From Octopus sinensis (lineage: Eukaryota), in contig NW_021833272.1 in the NCBI RefSeq assembly GCF_006345805.1, positions 1-64,000 of the forward strand: a stretch of DNA of 64,000 bases. The letters run 5' to 3'. Position numbers and translations under genes: made by a program. Under the pieces are notes generated by a model. The model had not been told where the DNA came from. It was given only the letters and a program-made list of their open reading frames with translations, and did no database searches. The number at the start of each line of letters is the position of its first letter. Position 1 is the first letter of the stretch. Below, piece after piece: positions 55,046-64,000 of the stretch.

Positions 55046-55774
55046 TGTGATATATGTGTGTGTGTATATTAGACACCACTAATTCAGGATTGTTTGGTTT
55101 CTTCGCCTTACTTATGTACTTTTACAATTTTACAATTACTTTCATGTTTTGTAACGAATCTTTGGCTAGATATTTATGTTGTATCATCAACTACCAGCTA
55201 ATGTGCTTCGCAATTGTTAATTCTTGTGAAATGGTTGAATTTTTCCTTTAAAGACTTTCTGACAGGCTCCAACAAGATAGAGCTTCCGAAAGCTATTTTA
55301 ACCAATCAGCCTGCGTCTTAGACGCCACACTTTGATTAATGTGATAACATAGTTGACATCAACAGCGCTTATTCATAGAAACATTTTAATCAATCAGAGA
55401 CGGCGGCGGCGGAGGATTTGCCTTGCGGCAGATGCATCTGATTCATTGAAATTCATCTGATATTATAAATAGTTTTCCTGTCTTAAATATTTCTAAATGA
55501 AATTTAATTAAAATCCATGCTAATGATATTGCCAATGCTGCTAGTTTTTTTAGTAAAACTGCTCGAGGCTGGAGAATCCTTTATGAGGAACAAATCATAA
55601 AACACACCATCAAATGAAGGAAATGCACATCGAGACCATTCCATTGACAGCCTTTTCAAATGCGCACAAAAACAAAATACGAATCTTAAACTATACATTG
55701 TTTTCAAATTTTGGCAGAATACCGGCACTTTCCGGTCAAGGTTATGGCGATTCTATCTTCCTCGCTGCTCAAGC

Positions 55775-55900
55775 GGTACTTATTTTATCGACTCCGAAAG
55801 GATGAGAGGCAAAGTCGACGTCGGCAAATTTGAAAGACACACAGAAAGGCGCTAAGCATTTTAGCCGGCGTGCTATCGATTCTTCCAGCTCGTCATCTTT
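55775..55900 (-). mobile_element. SINE family B, degenerate
   Basis: Reverse complement of gagctggaagaatcgatagcacgccggctaaaatgcttagc...gcctctcatcctttcggagtcgataaaataagtac. Confidence 0.75.
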
Positions 55901-56289
55901 ATAGACCAAACACCACCAAATCACATAAATCTGAACTTGGACGTCTCTAAAACTCTAATACAAGTTTTTGCTCGAATTCTAAATATTATAGGGCTTTAGC
56001 CGAAGATCATTTGAATGCTACAACATTTTACTGCTAAATACATACAAATACAGATTATCACATTATGAAGAGGCTCTGTAGGCTGGTTTCGAAACAACAT
56101 ATCTCACCACTAATGATGGTGATGGTATTGCCAATTTTTAATCAAACTCCAGCAAATTTTATAGTGTATCAAAATTACACAAATCAAAGTTAACACAAAG
56201 TGTAGTAAAGGAACAAAGTATTGAAAACTAAAATATTACATCTAATTATTGCAACCAATTATTACATCTAATTATTACATCTAAAGAAT

Positions 56290-57290
56290 CAAGAGCTTAG
56301 ACTTATCATAGCTGCGCCAACAAGGCCGAACCATAACCCACTGTGCACCCATTTAATGAGTTTCATTTGGGATGTTATTAATTTCATGTTTTATCTACCC
56401 AAAACAAGATAAACGAATTCGTTTTTGGTTACATTTTTGTAATCAAATTAATAATTCTGATCTACAAAATTATTCGACAAATTATCGGAATAATTTCATT
56501 CAAATATTCCCTCGATAAATATAGAGAGCTGATTTCCTGTTGATTCTCCATAGATTTTATATTAGTCGCTGTCATCATTTTCCTTTTGATTAACACTTTA
56601 TTTTTCCAAGGGGAAAAATAATTATCAAATTAGAGGCACGGCTGTGGGAACCACGTTTGCTCCCGTATATGCAAAATCGGTAATGGGATTCTTGGAAGAA
56701 AATATTTACCGAAAGTAGAGAAAATCTGTGGTGCTGATTTTAGGCAATAGAGGGCGCACGTAAAAGATATTTTGACGATTGTCTGGAAAAAAATTTGGAA
56801 AAAAGCAACAGTTATTTTGGAAGAATTTGGCGTCCTGATCAACATTCTACACCGAGCTCCAAAGTTCACGAAGAACAAAACAAAATGGTCATTTTGATAT
56901 ATTGGTAGACAAAAATGATACTAAGATCACAACAAAAAAATATTATAAAGACATAGAAACACAACAGTAGCTGAATATAAACACATGCCATTCAGCGTAT
57001 ACAAGTTTAATATCTAATAGTATCAAGCCATCATATTTTGTACTGTTGTTGTTGTTGTTATTGTAGATGATGTCACAATCACAGAACTCAAAGGGTTTCT
57101 ATTCAAAAAACAAAGAATGCAGGCCCCGAAGTAGAGAATCACAACAAATACCTATAACGAACTTAGATCAAAGAACACAAGAACAGAATATCATACCATA
57201 TATAGCGTCCCGCATTCCATATCATCAAAGTATTTTTGAGGTCACCATATTAAATTTTCCAATGATGAAATAAAGTAAGTTTACTTTATC
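56290..57290 (+). mobile_element. Penelope-like element reverse transcriptase remnant
   Basis: LRLIIAAP (56296), KYSLDKYRELISC*FSIDFIL, YQIRGTAVGTTFAPVYAKSVMGFLEENIY (56623), KRYFDDC (about 56762), TKKYYKDIETQQ*LNINTCH and IPYIASRIPYHQSIF appear in PLE RT order, with stops and frameshifts. Confidence 0.85.
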
Positions 57291-57328
57291 GAACACTTGT
57301 TCAATATATCGTGGCTCTCCGTCGGTTA

Positions 57329-57374
<46 letters not shown>

Positions 57375-57493
57375 GTTGTTGTTGTTGTTGTTGTTGTCGT
57401 TGTTGTTATTATTATTATTATTATCATAATTATCATTATATGTATAGAAAACATATTTTTGCTTATGTATTTATGTATATGTATATATACATA

Positions 57494-57559
<66 letters not shown>

Positions 57560-57560
<1 letters not shown>

Positions 57561-57760
57561 AGAATTCACAAAAAAAACAAAAGACGAAGACAGGTGGTGT
57601 AGAAAACAAACGGATGTATTAGTATAACGCTCGGGAATTGAAAAAGTCTTTAACGTTTCGAGTCTACGGTCTTCCACAGAAAGAAACAAGGAGAAAAAAA
57701 GAATGTGTGTAGTGGCTACCGATCTATCATGGCGAATGGAAAAAAGTCAAGGTATATATA
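57560..57760 (-). mobile_element. Short PLE-terminus-like element with minimal hammerhead-like motif
   Basis: The minus strand 57684-57647 reads UCUUU-CUGUGGA-AGACCGUAGACUC-GAAAC-GUU-AAAGA; homologous to 19215-19380. Confidence 0.6.
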
Positions 57761-58369
57761 TATATATATATAAAACAAAGTAAAGTTGTAAGGTACCGCA
57801 TGAATGGAAATATATATGAAAGAAGGTTTGAAAATGCAATTTTAAAGATGTTTAAGCACATGTATATGCACACACACACACAGACGTGCACGTATACACA
57901 TTAAATTTCAGATACACTATTTGCAAAACAGTCTCTAATAGTTATAGTTACATGCTTCAGAAATATAACAAATTGGCTGATTTATATAACATTCCGTGTA
58001 TCTCCAAGCAATCTTTGAAGCTCAGTGCATAGTGATAGATGCATTTCAAAGGTCGGACGCTGGTCAACGAGAAAACATGAGAAAAAAAACGAGAACGAAA
58101 ATACGTGAAGAATATTCATACAAAAAATGGAAGGAGAAAAAGAAAAGAAAATAAGAAAACCCAGATTTTCGTCCTCTTTGCCTGTACGAATATATACCTT
58201 ACATACATGCAAACGCACATGGTTGATGTTGAAATATTCACTTTGCCGTTTCTCAGAGATTCTCGCTTAAGTGGTTCAATGTAGACTAGATGCATTACTC
58301 TGAGTTTCACAATTAATAACATTTATGTCTTTATCCTCCCATTCTCACTTAGATTGGTAATCTATAGAA

Positions 58370-58452
58370 GATACTTGCCAAAGGTGCCATGCAGTGGGAC
58401 TGAACACGGAACCAGGTGGTTGGGAAGCAAGCTACTTACCACATAGCCACGT
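58370..58452 (-). mobile_element. SINE family A head only
   Basis: Reverse complement gtggctatgtggtaagtagcttgcttcccaaccacctggttccgtgttcagtcccactgc. Confidence 0.8.
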
Positions 58453-58499
58453 CTGCAGCTCAAAGTAATACATAAAAGACATTGTCAAGTTGAACGAGA

Positions 58500-59080
58500 T
58501 AACTTTATTGCGAAACTATCTGTCTAACGTGTGTACCTCGGATGTCATGATACATAATTGCAAATTGCCTTAGTAGATAAGAAGAAAAAATGTTTTACAA
58601 CTAATGTCGTGTAACACACGAGGAAGAGATAACAAATTTTACTCTGGTAGCAATCATTTACTTGTTGAATATACATATAATGGACGATATGAATACAGCG
58701 GCTAACTTCGTTTGTTAAAATACTAAAATACATCTTGACAGCTCTCATAATACCGAGGAGTATGGGTTTTCTATCGTAATTTTCGATAGATACTTTGGTA
58801 GCTTACATATTATTAATAAAACAATATTTATTAGACGTCTACACACCACATATTAGCAATCACCATGAGACTCTCTCGCCTGTCAACTTTTCATTGAATT
58901 ATTTGAATAAAGCAGCCGATATATTTTCATCGAGCCGATTTTCTCTGCGCATGTCATATTGGTTTTGATGTCGTTTGCTGCTTGCGTAATACTTCGAATA
59001 TTTTGGTATATGGAATAAATAAAGTTTGTCCTGTAATTCGCATAAATCACGATCATAGGATAGGACTTCTTTTTCGAACA
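58500..59080 (-). mobile_element. Possible Penelope GIY-YIG region remnant
   Basis: IKTNMTCA resembles the PLE segment preceding the GIY-YIG motif; the rest is too decayed to confirm. Confidence 0.3.
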
Positions 59081-59093
59081 TACACTCATTATG

Positions 59094-59139
<46 letters not shown>

Positions 59140-59313
59140 AATATATATATATATTAATATATATAATCAAAGCAATTAAGATTCAAGTAACTTCCATGAA
59201 TTTACTTGAATGTGGTACTTAACTTAGATGCACCAGAAAAAACTATATGGTGTTATCCATACAGTAATGTGGGGTGATTATAAACGAGAAAGAAGCAACA
59301 AGAATGGATTGGT

Positions 59314-59404
59314 TTTTAGTACAATTGTTTCATACAAAGACAGGCTTTATTACAAGTTGCAAAAATTGCAGCAGATAAAAGTGTCCCGTACTCATCAGCT
59401 AAAA
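59314..59404 (-). ncRNA. Type I hammerhead ribozyme (left arm, minus strand)
   Basis: UUUUAG-CUGAUGA-GUACGGGACA...UGUCUUUGUAU-GAAAC-AAUU-GUA-CUAAAA. Confidence 0.85.
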
Positions 59405-59578
59405 TACATTTGAGTTCTCTAGACATCTTACTGGGTGAGGTTATACTCATGAGATATTGGAGATAGTTCCATTAGAGGCAGATATAGGTTGTAAACAGTT
59501 TTCCAAGATATTGGAACTATCTCCAATATCTCATGAGTATAATCTCACCCAGTAAGATGTCTAGAGAACTCAAATGTA

Positions 59579-59671
59579 TTTTAGCTGATGAGTACAGGAC
59601 ACTTTTATCTGCTTGCCAATTTTTGCAACTTGTAATAAAGCCTGTCTTTGTATGAAACAATTGTACTAAAA
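59579..59671 (+). ncRNA. Type I hammerhead ribozyme (right arm, plus strand)
   Basis: Stem I UUUUAG/CUAAAA; CUGAUGA at 59585-59591; stem II GUACA/UGUAU plus GGACA/UGUCU; GAAAC at 59654-59658; palindromic loop AAUU; cleavage triplet GUA at 59663-59665. Confidence 0.85.
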
Positions 59672-60169
59672 ACCAATCCATTCTTGTTGCTTCTTTCTCG
59701 TATATATTTATATATATATATATATATATATAGGAGAGGAAAAATTATAATAAGGCAGAATGCTAAATTGAAAGTAAATTTTAATAAAAATGGGTGTATG
59801 AAGAAATTAAGAAAGTAAAAATAATAAATCAAACCAGTTTTTATTGCAAGGCAAATTTTCAAGATTTGGAAGGGAAATTTTTTTTTAATTGAGGAAAGGG
59901 GAAAAAGAAATTTAACATATATATATATAAATGTATGATATATATATATATATAATATATATATACGTTAATATCGAACAGTGGGAATCAGTCCTCAACA
60001 CCGCATTAAGGGATAAATATGATTCATTTTTAGGTTAGCAAGTCTACCAATAGTTTCATGTGAAACAAAAACCTCTTTACAGTTATACGGTTATCAAATC
60101 TACCATGTGGAAACGTTGGTACTTCAAATAGAAACGAGTGCTAACGTTCTCATATGGCTGGCATGATAA

Positions 60170-60456
60170 TTAAGTACCAGTGAAACACTGGGGTAGATGT
60201 AATTGACTCATCCCCTCCCCACCAAAATGGCTGCTCTTGTGGCAAACTTTGAAACCGTTATTAATACAGTTGATTGAAGTTACAATCAGTTCTGTAAGAC
60301 GGTGAGCTGGCAGAAACGTGAGCACGCCGGGCGAAATGCTTAGCACATATGGTTATGAGCATGTGCCTGGTGTACACTTATCAGACGGGTAGTCATGATG
60401 GGTACACTGGTCTTCACATATTTATACCCCAGTGTCACTTTGATGGCATGCACTGC
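60170..60456. mobile_element. SINE B tail, SINE B head (60297-60343) and a minus-strand family E fragment abutting (AAT)n
   Basis: Direct similarity to the other copies in this window. Confidence 0.7.
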
Positions 60457-60510
<54 letters not shown>

Positions 60511-61245
60511 TTCATTTAATAGTAAAATTACAGTCCCAGAAAGTGAGACAATTGGTTTAGTAAACTAAGACCATGCGGTACAACATCAACAACAATAATA
60601 TGCGTGATGGTGATGATAAAGATAATGATGATCATGATGATGATGCCGACGATGTTAACGATGATGGTGATGATGATTATGATGACAATGATGATTATGA
60701 TGACAATGATGATGACAACGATGACGATGATTATGATGATGATGATGGTGATAGTCCCAATGAAGACACTGATGATGGTGATAATGATAATTGCGATGTT
60801 ACTGTCGCCATTCCATTATCATCTGCTGCTGCTGCTGTTGGGGCTGTTAGAATAGAATTGCTGATTAGTTTGGAGCCATAGAGCGGTGCCAGTGCATTCT
60901 GGGATAGCTAATTAGTGCAGATAACATTTCTTAGATTAAAATATAATCACTTGGCGTGATTGTTGTTGTTGTTGCTGTTGCTCTTGCTTTTAATAATACT
61001 GCTGTTGCTACCCCAGTGATGATGATGGTGGTGGTGGTGGCGTTGGTGGTGGTGGTGGTGGTGGTGGTGGTGGCGGCGGCGATGAGGATGTCGACGACGA
61101 TGACGATGATGATGAGGAAGAGGAGGGAAGCGGATGGTAGTCACGAAGTTGATGAGAGTGGTGGTGACGTAGATGGCAACGCTTGTTGTAATGATGACGA
61201 TGGTGATGGTGGTGCTGTTGATGCTGCCGCTGTTGATGGTAATAC

Positions 61246-61283
<38 letters not shown>

Positions 61284-61457
61284 GTCTATAATTGAATTAT
61301 TGTGTACGAGTGCATTTCAATCTTGGTCTCGTTCTATTAATGTTTCTTCTTCTTGTTAATGTTGCTGTTGCAATCGTTGCACTTGTTTCTAATGCTTCCG
61401 CTACTGTTTTGGGTCTTTCCTTCTGTCTCTGTCTCTCTCCCTCTGTCTGTCTGCCTG

Positions 61458-61492
<35 letters not shown>

Positions 61493-61999
61493 CTCTTTTG
61501 TCTCTCTTTTCTCTCTCAGTTGTTGTTATTCTCACCGTCTATTCTTGCTGTTGTTGTTGTTGTTGTTGATATTTACTCCAAATCATTCTAACCAATTCCC
61601 ATTGACCACTTCCATCAGGCGAATGTAAGAACCGGCATCAGTTCCACAAATCACTCCCCAACCACACCTATTCAACGCATATTCAAAATAACAAATACAA
61701 GGCGCCAATAAAACAATTAATAAAATATTTAAATGAAATACGACTAGATTAAGCTTCTTTTTTCAAAAATCTGATTAAAAAAGCAGGTGGCAATAAAGTA
61801 TCGTAAATCGGTTGACAATAAAGGAGCTAATAAAACGGTATAAAATTGGATGATAAGAAAAAGAATTTATAAAAAATATTGAAACGAAAGGAAACAATAA
61901 CTTTGTATTTCGCACTTGTTGACCCAGAATCTAGAATATTCAGACTTCATATTCGTCATAAAACAAAACAAAATATATTCCAAAGTGCAGCTTTTATTT

Positions 62000-63245
62000 A
62001 GGCGCAGAAACGTTAGCACGCCGGGCGAAATTCTTAGCAGTATTTCGTGTCGTTACGTTCTGAGTTCAAATTCCGCAGCGGTCGATTTTGCCTTTCATCC
62101 TTTCGGGGTCGATAAATTAAGTACCAGTTACGCACTGGGGTCGAATTAATCGACTTAATCCGTTTGTCTGTCCTTGTTCGTCCCCTCTGTGTTTAGCCCT
62201 TTGTGGGTAGTAAAGAAATAGAAATAGGTATCTCGCCCGTTGCTACGTTCTCAGTTCAAAATCCGTCGAGATCAATTTTGCCTTTCATCCTTTCGGGGTC
62301 GATAAATTAAGTACCAGTTACGCACTGGGGTCGATATAATCGACTTAATCCGTTTGTCTGTCCTTGTTCGTCCCCTCTGTGTTTAGCCCTTTGTGCGTAG
62401 TAAAGAAATAGAAATAGGTATCTCGCCCGTTGCTACGTTCTCAGTTCAAATTCCGTCGAGATCAATTTTGCTTTTCATCCTTTCGTGGTCGATGAATTAA
62501 GTACCAGTTGCGTACTGGTGTCTATCCAATCGACTGGCACCCTCCCAAAAAACTTTCCTGCATTGTGCCTAGAGTAGAAAAGATTCTTGGAATATTAAAG
62601 GCGGCGAGCCAGCAGAAACGTCAGCACGCCGGGCGAAATGCTTAGCGGCATTTCGTCTGCCGCTACGTTCTGATTTCAAATTCCGCCGAGGTCGACTGAG
62701 CCTTTCATCCTTTCGGGGTCGATAAATTAAGTACCAGTTACGAACTGAGGTCGATATAATCGACTTAATCCGTTTGTCTGTCGTTGTTTGTCCCCTCTAT
62801 GTTTAGCCCCTTCTTTGGCAATAAAGAAATAAGAAACGTTAGCACGTCGGGCGAAATACTTAGCGGTATTTTGTCTGTCTTTTTGTTCTGAGGTCGAATT
62901 TCGCCGAGTCCGACTTTGCCTTTCATCCTTTCGGACTGGATAAGTAAAGAACCACCTGCGTACTGGGGTCGATCTAATCGACTGGCCTCCTCCCTCAAAA
63001 TTTCGAGCCTTGTACCTAGAGTAGTAACGATTATTTTAAGAGGCAGAAACGTTAGCACGCCGGGCGAAATGCTTAGCGGTATTTCGTCTGTCTTTACGTT
63101 CTGAGGTCGAATTTCGCCGAGTTCGACTTTGCCTTTCATCCTTTCGGTGTGGATAAGTAAAGTACCACTTGCGTACTGGGGTCGATCTAATCGACTGGCG
63201 CCCCCCGCCCAAATTTCGGGCCTTGTGCCTGGTGTAGAAAAGAAT
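62000..63245 (+). mobile_element. Hexameric tandem array of SINE family B units
   Basis: Six central blocks (ctttcatcctttcg at about 62092, 62282, 62472, 62702, 62920, 63133). The first three have a 190-bp period and two tail types are mixed. The array lies between 107-bp direct repeats at 61858-61964 and 63246-63352. Confidence 0.85.
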
Positions 63246-63351
63246 AAAAAGAATTTATAAAAAATATTGAAATGAAGGGAAACAATAAGTTTGAATTACG
63301 CACTTGCTGACCCAGAATCTAGAATATTCAGACATCATATTCGTCATGAAA

Positions 63352-63412
63352 CGCGGAGCGGGATTGACTCTGAAACCACGTGCTTACGAAGTGAGCACCT
63401 TAACCACATAGA
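63352..63412 (-). mobile_element. tRNA-like SINE head fragment
   Basis: Reverse complement ctatgtggttaaggtgctcacttcgtaagcacgtggtttcagagtcaatcccgctccgcg. Confidence 0.5.
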
Positions 63413-63604
63413 AATTCCTGGACATCAAATCACACTCCGTCATACTATAGTACCATTTAATTCAGTGTAGGGACAACCACTGAAAGTGAACTGTTATAGA
63501 CGGTTCTTCGCATGCTGCAACAAGGTCTCAGTAACTACTGCTATCTTTTACAATAAGATTCTTTCATGACATATCACCGCTTTTAATATAACAACAAGAA
63601 CAAA

Positions 63605-63636
<32 letters not shown>

Positions 63637-64000
63637 CAACGACAACAACAACAACAACAACAACAATAATAATAATAATAACAATCATTTCATCTCGGAT
63701 CTTGATTAAAATTGTTGCACTGGATTATTTCACATGTCAAAGTGACGAATGTGAATAAAAATGTGATATGCCTTACAGTTTCCGAGTCACGGGGTGATAA
63801 AAATTAGGGAAACGTTATATACATGCACACAACTTTATAGAAAGATGAAACATTACATAGAATGAACGCAGTCAACATAATATTTCTTTTTATTTTAAAC
63901 ATCTTCAAGAATACGTACAACATGTAATGCATTATACAAAATACTTCTTTGATCTGTTTTTTTCTTCCTACAACATATTCTCGTAAGAAAATTTTTTCAT

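Larger units (their letters stand above)
59284..59701. repeat. Long near-perfect inverted repeat (arms 59284-59471 and 59512-59701, 40-bp spacer)
   Basis: The arms are reverse complements apart from two substitutions and about 2 bp of indel. Confidence 0.95.

Noticed and set aside
56063-56105. ATGAAGA...TCGAAAC upstream of the PLE RT
   Set aside because: The position is suggestive, but C3 is missing and stems I and II do not pair convincingly.
62000-63245. CRISPR-like repeat-spacer appearance
   Set aside because: The units are ~190-230-bp SINE copies without unique spacers, in a eukaryotic context with no cas genes.

Overview
Eukaryotic, repeat-saturated window with no recognisable host protein-coding gene. 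The microsatellite load (TA, CA, TC, AAT, ATC, AGT, AAG, ACC) and the tRNA-derived SINE families point to a coleoid cephalopod, most likely Octopus; this is an inference from repeat content. Nearly all ORFs in the supplied track are translations of microsatellites or SINEs. The real coding signal comes from decayed transposons: Penelope-like elements (PLE), R4/Dong-type LINEs sitting in (TAA)n tracts, a CR1-type LINE 3' end, an L1/Tx1 RT fragment, two Tc1/mariner pieces, a pogo/Tigger transposase and a hAT (Charlie/Buster-like) transposase. The most striking unannotated signal is a cluster of type I hammerhead ribozyme (HHR) motifs. A ~190-bp-arm near-perfect inverted repeat at 59284-59701 carries one complete HHR on each strand. 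There is an intact-core HHR with a long stem II at 10253-10362, another on the minus strand at 17262-17357, a mutated relic at 44882-44925, and a small family of minimal-HHR elements (about 12.6, 19.3 and 57.7 kb). Also notable are multimeric SINE arrays bounded by direct repeats and a 3' tail shared by a SINE and a LINE. All structures and translations were read by eye; no searches or folding programs were run.
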